This document shows positions 7,590 through 13,823 of a stretch of 13,823 nt of DNA, in pieces; the first letter of the stretch is position 1, and every line of letters starts with the position of its first letter. The DNA is from Candidatus Eiseniibacteriota bacterium (lineage in GTDB: Bacteria; Eisenbacteria; RBG-16-71-46; JABDJR01; JAWXBZ01). The notes below the pieces were generated by a model. It did not search any database, was not told the origin of the DNA, and saw only the letters and a program-made list of their open reading frames with translations. The DNA lies in assembly GCA_034440375.1 (NCBI GenBank), contig JAWXBZ010000241.1, positions 1 to 13,823 on the forward strand. Reading direction: 5' to 3'. The position numbers and the translations under genes are program-made.

Positions 7590-9206
7590 ATGTTCGGTCG
7601 GAAGAGAGGAGCGATGATCGCGGTGGCCAGTTTGTTGGCGACCAGCGTGCTTTCGCTCACCGCCTCCGGAGCGGGCAACGAGAGCAGTGACGGCGCCGCG
7701 TTTCTTCGCGGTGGTGTTGGGCCTCGTTATCTGGCGATGGGCAGGGCGGGTACGGCCATTTCTCATGACGTTTACGCTGGCTACTGGAACCCGGCCGGTT
7801 TGGCCTCTTCCTGTGGTTGGCAGGTTGGCGGAATGTTTACCGGCGGTCTGGACTTTGATCGTAATCACAACTTCGTCGGTGCCAGCTACGGCAACAGCGG
7901 AAATTGGGGTATCGGTTTCGGTTGGACGAATGCCGGAACGAAGGAAATCGACGGTCGCAACCTCAGCGGCGGATCGACCGGTGTCTTCGATTACGGCGAG
8001 AACGCCGTGGCGTTGTCGCTGGCCAAGGCCTTCGATCGCGTTTCAGTCGGCCTGACCGGCAAGTACGTCACCCAGGATGTCGGCACCACGTTTGGCGTTA
8101 CGGATGACAACGCGAGCGGTTTCGGCCTCGACGTTGGAGCCATGTTCCACGCCAGCCAGTACTTCGACCTCGCCTTGCAGGCCCAGGATATCTGGGCCGA
8201 AGTGGGCGATGACGAAGCGACCAATGACGTTCCGACCTTCTTCAAGATCGGTGGCGCCATTTATCCGACGGACGGTTTCACCATCTCCTCGGACATCGAC
8301 CTGCTTCAGGACGATGACGGCGCGTTCTTCCGCATCGGCGGCGAGTATGCGTTCGACATGGGCGATGATTTTGACGGCGCCGTGCGTCTCGGTCTTGATA
8401 CCGGTCGCTTTACCGGCGGCATCGGAATCGGGCTTGACTGGGTGGACTTTGATTACGCGTACGTCGTCGAGCCGGAGGATTTCCAGGGCTCGAATCATCG
8501 CCTGGGCCTCAAGCTCAACTTCGGCTGTGACGAACAGCCGATGATGGCTTCCCGCTCGGGCGATCGTGATCGCGACGGCATTCCGGATGACGTGGATCGT
8601 TGCCCGGATCAGCCCGAGGATTTCGATGGCTTCCAGGACACCGACGGCTGTCCCGATCCGGATAATGACGGTGACGGCGTGGTCGATGCCCAGGATCAGT
8701 GCCCTGGTCAGGCGGAAGATTTTGACGGGTTCGAGGACACCGATGGTTGCCCCGATCTCGACAACGACAAGGACGGCATTCTCGACAAGGATGACAAGTG
8801 TCCGAACGCCCCCGAAACCTTCAACGGTTACGAGGACGCGGACGGTTGTCCGGATGACATGCCGTTCTGCTTCCCGATCGCCTTCATCAACTTCAAGTAC
8901 AACACCGCCGAGATGACCCATGCGGACTACATTCCGGTTCTCGAGGAAGTGGCCCGTATCATGAAGGAAAACATGGATGTCCGGGTGGAGATCCAGGGTC
9001 ACACGGACAGCATCGGCACCGACGAGTACAACCAGAGACTGTCGGAGCGCCGTTCGCAGGCCGTGAAGGACTACTTGATCGCGAAGGGGATCTCCGGCGA
9101 CCGCATGAGCACCCGCGGATTCGGCGAAGGCCAGCCGATTGACACCAACGACACCGATCTTGGTCGGGCCCGTAACCGCCGGATCGAGTTCAAGGTGATC
9201 AAGTAA
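7590..9206 (+). CDS. PorV/FadL-family outer-membrane beta-barrel fused to thrombospondin type-3 repeats and a C-terminal OmpA-like peptidoglycan-binding domain (538 aa)
   Basis: Start reassigned to ATG 7590 (SD site; signal peptide MFGRKRGAMIAVASLLATSVLSLTASG). The N-terminal motif AAFLRGGVGPRYLAMGRAGTAISHDVYAGYWNPAGL is the PorV/FadL-family signature. Amphipathic strands end in DFDYAY...NHRLGLKLNF. TSP3-like DxDxDG..D..D.CP repeats follow, then OmpA motifs INFKYNTA, VEIQGHTDSIGTDEYNQRLSERRSQAVKDYL, GFGEGQPI, GRARNRRIEF. Confidence 0.9.
   Translation: MFGRKRGAMIAVASLLATSVLSLTASGAGNESSDGAAFLRGGVGPRYLAMGRAGTAISHDVYAGYWNPAGLASSCGWQVGGMFTGGLDFDRNHNFVGASYGNSGNWGIGFGWTNAGTKEIDGRNLSGGSTGVFDYGENAVALSLAKAFDRVSVGLTGKYVTQDVGTTFGVTDDNASGFGLDVGAMFHASQYFDLALQAQDIWAEVGDDEATNDVPTFFKIGGAIYPTDGFTISSDIDLLQDDDGAFFRIGGEYAFDMGDDFDGAVRLGLDTGRFTGGIGIGLDWVDFDYAYVVEPEDFQGSNHRLGLKLNFGCDEQPMMASRSGDRDRDGIPDDVDRCPDQPEDFDGFQDTDGCPDPDNDGDGVVDAQDQCPGQAEDFDGFEDTDGCPDLDNDKDGILDKDDKCPNAPETFNGYEDADGCPDDMPFCFPIAFINFKYNTAEMTHADYIPVLEEVARIMKENMDVRVEIQGHTDSIGTDEYNQRLSERRSQAVKDYLIAKGISGDRMSTRGFGEGQPIDTNDTDLGRARNRRIEFKVIK
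8562..8858 (+). repeat. Three tandem 33-aa (99-nt) thrombospondin type-3-like Ca-binding repeats
   Basis: DRDRDGIPDDVDRCPDQPEDFDGFQDTDGCPDP / DNDGDGVVDAQDQCPGQAEDFDGFEDTDGCPDL / DNDKDGILDKDDKCPNAPETFNGYEDADGCPDD, starting at 8562, 8661 and 8760. Confidence 0.9.
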
Positions 9207-9209
9207 GAA

Positions 9210-9225
9210 GGGTGCTTCGGCACCC
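9210..9225 (+). other. Small cUUCGg tetraloop hairpin immediately after the stop codon
   Basis: GGGTGC-TTCG-GCACCC: 6-bp perfect stem closed by C(UUCG)G. Confidence 0.65.
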
Positions 9226-9264
9226 CCACAGTTTCCCGTAGTATCGATTCCGACCAGACAGGAG

Positions 9265-9302
9265 CGCCGCCGGTTCTTCGGAACCGGCGGCGTTTCTTTT
9301 TT
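9265..9302 (+). terminator. Rho-independent terminator
   Basis: CGCCGCCGGTTC-TTCG-GAACCGGCGGCG (12-bp perfect stem, cUUCGg loop) followed by TTTCTTTTTT. Confidence 0.92.
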
Positions 9303-9333
9303 CGACCCCTATTGAGAACCAGGCTGGGAGTGG

Positions 9334-9783
9334 TTATCGACCCCGCGTCTTCAGATGTCCCCGGATCGTCCGATCGGTGGACAGGGGCGGGTTAACGTCG
9401 CCCCGCGCGGCCAGGCGCGCGGTGACCCGTTCACGATTCCGTTCCAACCAGCGGTCAAAATCATCGACGGTCCGAAAAAGGACCTTCTCTGCCGGCTGGC
9501 CGGTCGTCATCTCGCAGGATGCGGCATCGTAATCGCGACAAATCTGAAAGCGATCTTCATAGATGGCGCAGCCGTCGGCCGTCAGGTTCTCGCAGACGTT
9601 GTTGACCAGGAAGTACCAGTCGTCTTCGTGCCCGATGTAAATATGGATGTTCCGGTGAGCCAGGTACCAGCGGACATGGTCCAGGTCGGCTTCCGTCTTC
9701 GGTGCGTCGATGGAGAGGCTGACATACGTGCAGCAGAACTGGCAGCTGATACAGGTCCGGGACCAGTCCACCTTCGTCGTCAT
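9334..9783 (-). CDS. YkgJ-family cysteine-cluster (CxxCxxCC) protein, putative Fe-S/Zn-binding (149 aa)
   Basis: CISCQFCC near the N-terminus and CENLTADGCAIYEDRFQICRDY later, the characteristic C..L....C.IY..R...CR.Y motif of this family. Confidence 0.88.
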   Translation of the reverse strand: MTTKVDWSRTCISCQFCCTYVSLSIDAPKTEADLDHVRWYLAHRNIHIYIGHEDDWYFLVNNVCENLTADGCAIYEDRFQICRDYDAASCEMTTGQPAEKVLFRTVDDFDRWLERNRERVTARLAARGDVNPPLSTDRTIRGHLKTRGR

Positions 9784-9790
9784 GGCCGGG

Positions 9791-9820
9791 ACGCTAGCAC
9801 TGCCCCTGGCGGCCGGTCAA
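9791..9820 (-). promoter_or_regulatory. Candidate sigma70 promoter for the YkgJ-family gene (probably a leaderless transcript)
   Basis: Minus strand reads TTGACC-N18-TAGCGT with TG in the extended -10 position. The ATG (9783) follows the -10 box after 7 nt, with no SD site. Confidence 0.6.
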
Positions 9821-9826
9821 CGCGCC

Positions 9827-9856
9827 TTGCCCATCGCGGAACGCGGGTGATACCAT
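9827..9856 (+). promoter_or_regulatory. Candidate sigma70 promoter for the DUF2007-like / membrane protein / LacI unit
   Basis: TTGCCC-N18-TACCAT with an extended -10 TG at 9848-9849, in the divergent intergenic gap. Confidence 0.55.
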
Positions 9857-9920
9857 TTTCCCTGCCGGCCGCGGAGTCTCTTAAGAAGCCGGGCCCGTCG
9901 AAAGTGAGGAACGACATCCA

Positions 9921-10274
9921 ATGCTTATCTGCCCAAATTGTGGAAACGGCTTCCGGGACGACGAGAATTTCTGCCTGGATTGCGGCCTCAAGGTTGGTGA
10001 GGAGACTCACGACTGCGGCACCGTTGACCGGCAAATGCGTTATCGCCCAGTTTACAAGGCACCGGACGAGTGGATGGCCCTCACCATGCGCGATCTTCTC
10101 TCGTCGGCCGGACTGGATGCCCAGATCCTGATGGGTAATGAGCCGTGGGCTGACGGCGTGAGCCGGATGGCGGAAGGTTACTGGGGAAAGGTGGTCGTCC
10201 TTGAGGCCGAAGTCGAGGATGCCCGCCGTCTGATCGAGGAGTACCTGAAGGGCCTCGATCGACCGGTCCAGTAG
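9921..10274 (+). CDS. Zinc-ribbon plus DUF2007-like (putative signal-transducing) protein (117 aa)
   Basis: N-terminal CPNCG...FCLDCG zinc ribbon. The C-terminal VYKAPDEWMALTMRDLLSSAGLDAQI...KVVVLEAEVEDARRLIEEY resembles DUF2007. GAGGA SD-like site at 9906-9910. Confidence 0.8.
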   Translation: MLICPNCGNGFRDDENFCLDCGLKVGEETHDCGTVDRQMRYRPVYKAPDEWMALTMRDLLSSAGLDAQILMGNEPWADGVSRMAEGYWGKVVVLEAEVEDARRLIEEYLKGLDRPVQ

Positions 10275-10277
10275 ACC

Positions 10278-10523
10278 ATGTGGTTCCGCACGGCACTCGT
10301 TCTCGTGCTCATCCTCCTGGCGTGGCGAATCCTTCGCGGCGTCGTGGCGAGGCTTGCTTCGACTTCGGAGAGCCGCAAAGTGGCGCCGGATCTTGGCCGC
10401 AAGGCACCTGATTCCCGCGGGGGAGGGCCCATTTCCAGCCAGCCGGGCGCCGCCTGGCCCTCAGGCGAGGTGACCGACGTGACCTTTCGCGAAGCTCATC
10501 CGGACGAAAGCAGCACCCGATAG
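10278..10523 (+). CDS. Small single-pass membrane protein, hypothetical (81 aa)
   Basis: Hydrophobic N-terminal segment TALVLVLILLAW followed by basic residues and a disordered tail. It starts 3 nt after the upstream stop and fills the gap before lacI. Confidence 0.65.
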   Translation: MWFRTALVLVLILLAWRILRGVVARLASTSESRKVAPDLGRKAPDSRGGGPISSQPGAAWPSGEVTDVTFREAHPDESSTR

Positions 10524-10561
10524 CTTGAAGTCCCGTTCCACCCGCCGCGAGACGCCGCCGC

Positions 10562-11623
10562 ATGTCTGAGCGCAAACTGACCATTCGCGATATCGCCCGC
10601 CTGTCGGGCGTCAGCCGTTCCACGGTATCGCTGGTCCTGAATAATGACCGCCGGATCAGCGAGGAAACCCGGACCCGTGTCCAATCGATCATCCAACGAT
10701 CCGGCTACGAGCCCAATGCCATCGCCCGCGGCCTGGCCCGTCGCCGCGCCGGCATGGTGGCCGTCGTCGTCCCCCGGACCTCCAGCCACGTCTTTTCGGA
10801 TCACTACGTCTCCGAGGCCATCAGCGGCATCGGCGATGTGCTGGCCGGCCGCGGCTACCGCATGCTCATCGAGATGGCCAACGACGCCTTCATCCAGGAT
10901 CGGGCCCACCACAAGCTCTTCCGGGAAGGCCAGATCGACGGGATGCTGATAATCGGCGCCCTCAGCACCGACGAGTACATCCTGGAGATCAGCCGGCGGT
11001 TCCCGGTGGTCCTCGTCAACAGCATGCTCGACGACATCCCCTCCGTGTACGCCGACAACCACCAGGGCATGCTCCGGATGATCGAATACCTGGTGGGCCT
11101 CGGCCACCGTCGGATCGGGTACATCGGCGGGCTCGACATCACGACCGTCGGCGCCGATCGCACCCGGGGCTACCGGGAGGGGCTGGCCGCCGCCGGACTC
11201 CCCGGTGACGACCGCTGGGTGGCCTGGGGCAACTTCTCCGAGGAATCGGGCGTGGAAGCCTGCCGTCACCTGATCGCCCGGGAGTCCCGCCTGACCGCCA
11301 TCGTGGCCGCCAACGACATGATGGCCATCGGTGCCCTCCGGGCCGCCGAAGAGGCCGGCATGGCCGTTCCCGGCCAGTTGACCCTGGTTGGCGCCGACGA
11401 CGTCAGCCTGGCTTCCTACGTCCGCCCCCGCCTCACCACCCTGCGCCAGCCGATGTACGACATCGGCCGCTCCGCCACCAATCTCCTCCTCGAGCTCTCG
11501 GAGGAGAGGCGGGAGGCGGTCGAACTGGCCGCCCGCCCGGCCAGCTCCATCCACCTTTTCATGTCCACGGAGATCGTCGTTCGCGAGTCGAGTGCCCGGG
11601 CGGACGAGCCGACTGACAACTGA
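10562..11623 (+). CDS. LacI/GalR-family transcriptional regulator (353 aa)
   Basis: HTH LTIRDIARLSGVSRSTVSLVLN, hinge YEPNAIARGL, and effector-binding domain motifs GHRRIGYIGG, TAIVAANDMMAIGAL, LVGADD, PRLTTLRQP, IVVRES. Confidence 0.96.
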   Translation: MSERKLTIRDIARLSGVSRSTVSLVLNNDRRISEETRTRVQSIIQRSGYEPNAIARGLARRRAGMVAVVVPRTSSHVFSDHYVSEAISGIGDVLAGRGYRMLIEMANDAFIQDRAHHKLFREGQIDGMLIIGALSTDEYILEISRRFPVVLVNSMLDDIPSVYADNHQGMLRMIEYLVGLGHRRIGYIGGLDITTVGADRTRGYREGLAAAGLPGDDRWVAWGNFSEESGVEACRHLIARESRLTAIVAANDMMAIGALRAAEEAGMAVPGQLTLVGADDVSLASYVRPRLTTLRQPMYDIGRSATNLLLELSEERREAVELAARPASSIHLFMSTEIVVRESSARADEPTDN

Positions 11624-11666
11624 CAAACACTCCGGCCGCAGGCGCGCGGCCAGCTCGCTGATCTGC

Positions 11667-11696
11667 TTGACAGCACCGCCGGACCGCACCTAGAGT
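11667..11696 (+). promoter_or_regulatory. Candidate sigma70 promoter for the downstream CTD-protein / PorV-like operon
   Basis: Perfect -35 TTGACA (11667-11672), 18-nt spacer, -10 TAGAGT (11691-11696), about 100 nt upstream of ATG 11798. Confidence 0.65.
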
Positions 11697-11703
11697 CCCC
11701 TTC

Positions 11704-11719
11704 GGTAGAGCGGTCCAAC
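11704..11719. promoter_or_regulatory. Candidate LacI-family operator at the predicted transcription start
   Basis: GGTAGAGCGGTCCAAC is an imperfect palindrome centred on CG, with A.CG.T core symmetry typical of LacI-family sites. It lies 7 nt downstream of the -10 box. Confidence 0.35.
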
Positions 11720-11797
11720 GACCGCGTTTCCCTCCGATTCGCCACACCGCTGTTCTCACCGGCGGCCACTCGTTGCCAGGGGTTCCCCGGACGACCC

Positions 11798-13126
11798 ATG
11801 CGAATTGCTTCCCATGCCGCCCGATGGTTACCGATCGCGTTGCTCCTCGTGGCCGCCCCGGCGGCCTGGTCGGCCACCGGGCTCGATCTGCAGGGACGAA
11901 TCGTGGTGGACGGTCAGTCCAACGATTTCCTGCCGGGTGAATCCCTCTTCGGGTTCAACGAGGATTTGGCCCAGGACGAGGAGTCGCGGGTCGATTCGCG
12001 ATGGCAGGACAACGATATCGCCCAGCTGCATCTGACATGGGACGCCGACTCGGTCTACATTGCCGGCGACGGGGTCATCAACGGCAACAACATGATCCTG
12101 CTCTGGGATGTCGGAAACCCCCATCCGGGCGTCTTCGCCACAACGGGGATCGACTTCGACGGCCTCGGCGAGATGACCAATCTCAACTCGTGGCGCCGCA
12201 ACTTCGTCTTCGCCGAGCCATTTCGGCCCGACCTGTTCGCCGCCACCTGGGATGGCAACACGGCACCGCACCTGCTGACCGCGTCCAACGACAACAGCGT
12301 GGTCGATGAGCAGCCGGCCGGTACCGGTGGCGGGCCATCGCTGTTCCGCTCGGTGGCCTCATTCCAGGGCACCCAGTCCGGCCGTTCGATGGAGGTGGCG
12401 CTCCCCTGGTGGAAGTTCATGGGCTTTCCCAACGAGTCCGGTCTATCCAGGCGATTCAGCCCGGCCCTGGGCGACAGCGTTCCCGTCCTGCCCGACGGCG
12501 TACGATTCATCCGCGTCGTCGGCGTCATCACCGCCGGCGGCGACGGCACCGGCGGCCCCGACTCCGCGCCGGACAATTTCGGCGGGCACGAAGTTGACGG
12601 TTCCATCCAGGTGGTCATCGATAACTGGATCACGGTTGATCTCGACACGCTGAACGACGAAACCGGAGAGCCGGGCCCCGACCGGATCCCCGATTTCGGC
12701 ATTGATCCCCGCGACCGGGTGGAGTTCGTCGAACGCCCCCCGATCAACCCCGTTCGCATTGAGTTCGACCAGTTCCAGTTCAGCCGGCCGTACCTGGCCC
12801 CCGAACGCGGGGAAGAGGTTGAGTACACGTTCAACTTCCGACCGGAACTCCCCCCCGAACAGAGGAACCGCCGAACGCAGATATCCGCGTCGATCTACGA
12901 TCTGCGCGGCGAGAAAGTCCGGACGCTCTATACCAGGGACTTCAACCCATCCTTGAACGATGCCAATCCGCGGCGTCTGATCCGCGATCCGGTCGACCCC
13001 CGGCATGACCGCTGGGATGGCCGTAACGACGATGGTGAGATCGTGAAGGGCGGTGTCTACCTCCTGCGCCTGATCCTGGAACCGGACCTGGCACGGCTCA
13101 CCAAGGCCGTGGGCGTGAAGCGATGA
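11798..13126 (+). CDS. Secreted protein with putative DOMON/CBM9-like beta-sandwich and C-terminal FlgD-Ig / T9SS-sorting-like domain (442 aa)
   Basis: Signal peptide MRIASHAARWLPIALLLVAAPAAWS. The pattern IVVDGQSNDF...NDIAQLHLTWDADSVYIAG...SMEVALPW resembles DOMON-like/CBM9 folds (tentative). The C-terminal ISASIYDLRGEKVRTLY...RWDGRNDDGEIVKGGVYLLRL...KAVGVKR is FlgD-Ig/CTD-like. Confidence 0.82.
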   Translation: MRIASHAARWLPIALLLVAAPAAWSATGLDLQGRIVVDGQSNDFLPGESLFGFNEDLAQDEESRVDSRWQDNDIAQLHLTWDADSVYIAGDGVINGNNMILLWDVGNPHPGVFATTGIDFDGLGEMTNLNSWRRNFVFAEPFRPDLFAATWDGNTAPHLLTASNDNSVVDEQPAGTGGGPSLFRSVASFQGTQSGRSMEVALPWWKFMGFPNESGLSRRFSPALGDSVPVLPDGVRFIRVVGVITAGGDGTGGPDSAPDNFGGHEVDGSIQVVIDNWITVDLDTLNDETGEPGPDRIPDFGIDPRDRVEFVERPPINPVRIEFDQFQFSRPYLAPERGEEVEYTFNFRPELPPEQRNRRTQISASIYDLRGEKVRTLYTRDFNPSLNDANPRRLIRDPVDPRHDRWDGRNDDGEIVKGGVYLLRLILEPDLARLTKAVGVKR

Positions 13127-13823
13127 TCCGGACGGCACGAAGCGCCCTCCTCTTCATGGCCCTTCAGGCCGCGCTCCTGTATCCGGCGACCGCCGGGGCC
13201 TACTTTGAGGAATCGGAAGTCGGAGTTCGATCAGTCGGATTCGGCCGCGCGTTCACCGCCATCGCCGACGATGCCTCGGCCATCCACTGGAACGCGGCGG
13301 GTCTGGCCGGAATGGCGCGGTCGCAGGTGCTCCTCGCCTATTCACGCCCGTATAACGTCGAGGGGCTCCAGTCCAACTACCTTTCGCTGGCGATGCCCCT
13401 GTCGTTCGCCTCGGCGGGCATCTCCTGGCACCACTTCGGCGCCGCCGACATCCTTTCCGAGGACACATTCAGCCTGGCGCTGGCGCGGGACATCTGGGAC
13501 AGCGGGCCCTGGCGCGTCGCCGTCGGGGCTACGGGCAAGCTGGCCCGGATCGGTTTCGCCGATTACACCGATCGGACCACCTCGGACGATGTGTCGGGTA
13601 TTTCGGAGAGCCATGTGACCGCCGACGCCAGCATCCTCTTGCGCCACGGCTCCCGCTTTCGCTTCGGGGCGAACCTGGCCAACATCGGTTCGCCGTCGTT
13701 CGACCTCGTGGACGGATCGTCCGGCGGCACCGACCTGCCCACGGTACTTCGTCTCGGCGCGGCGTTCCAGTGGAATCCCGAGTCGATCATCTCGATGGAC
13801 ATCCAGCAGGTGGATGAGGATCG
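13123..13823 (+). CDS. Second PorV/FadL-family outer-membrane beta-barrel (3'-truncated; absent from the ORF track)
   Basis: The ATG overlaps the upstream TGA (ATGA, 13123-13126) and the frame is open to the window end: MIRTARSALLFMALQAALLYPATAGA-YFEESEVGVRSVGFGRAFTAIADDASAIHWNAAGLAGM...AGISWHHFGAADILSEDTFSLALAR...VGATGKL...FRFGANLANIGSP...LPTVLRLGAAFQW. This gives a signal peptide plus the PorV-family N-terminal signature. Confidence 0.88.
   Translation, partial: MIRTARSALLFMALQAALLYPATAGAYFEESEVGVRSVGFGRAFTAIADDASAIHWNAAGLAGMARSQVLLAYSRPYNVEGLQSNYLSLAMPLSFASAGISWHHFGAADILSEDTFSLALARDIWDSGPWRVAVGATGKLARIGFADYTDRTTSDDVSGISESHVTADASILLRHGSRFRFGANLANIGSPSFDLVDGSSGGTDLPTVLRLGAAFQWNPESIISMDIQQVDED

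Noticed and set aside
8562-8858. 99-nt periodic repeats as a CRISPR array or mobile repeat
   Set aside because: They are in-frame degenerate coding repeats (TSP3) with no repeat-spacer structure.
680-9002. Long antisense ORFs (e.g. 680..1696, 1865..3268, 6758..7678, 8043..9002)
   Set aside because: These are shadow frames opposite well-supported genes, expected from GC-rich codon bias, and show no recognisable motifs.
11612-11651. ACTGACA tandem duplication at the lacI stop and a 6-bp GGCCGC/GCGGCC hairpin as a terminator
   Set aside because: Both are too short to distinguish from chance in GC-rich DNA, and there is no U-tract.
7172-13126. Flagellar gene interpretation (FlgD hook cap; FliB-like label for the CxxCxxCC family)
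   Set aside because: Only the generic FlgD-type Ig fold and a Cys-cluster motif are present. There are no flagellar genes or FlgD N-terminal domain in the window.
9355-13802. Alternative-frame and antisense ORFs 9355..10131, 10496..11689, 12055..12834, 12443..13138, 13205..13618, 13342..13647
   Set aside because: They overlap genes with clear family signatures and give Arg/Pro/Ala-rich, motif-free translations. The real gene at the right end is the unlisted frame starting at 13123.

Overview
GC-rich bacterial chromosomal segment, mostly on the + strand. It has canonical sigma70-like promoters and a strong Shine-Dalgarno site, so it is probably not from Bacteroidota. The protein types suggest another FCB-group lineage, such as an Eisenbacteria/Latescibacterota/Krumholzibacteriota-like organism (inference only). 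The window holds two copies of the same architecture: a secreted protein ending in an FlgD-Ig / T9SS-sorting-like C-terminal domain (CTD), followed directly by its own PorV/FadL-family outer-membrane beta-barrel. Pair 1 is a 5'-truncated giant acidic multi-Ig surface protein (>2490 aa, <1..7474) plus a PorV-like barrel fused to thrombospondin type-3 repeats and a peptidoglycan-binding OmpA domain (7590..9206), closed by a cUUCGg intrinsic terminator. Pair 2 is a DOMON/CBM9-like CTD protein (11798..13126) translationally coupled to a second, 3'-truncated PorV-like gene (13123..>13823, missing from the ORF track), downstream of a LacI regulator and a candidate promoter and operator. Between the pairs are a YkgJ-family CxxCxxCC gene (- strand, probably leaderless), a zinc-ribbon/DUF2007-like gene and a small membrane protein. 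No RNA genes, CRISPR arrays or mobile elements were seen.
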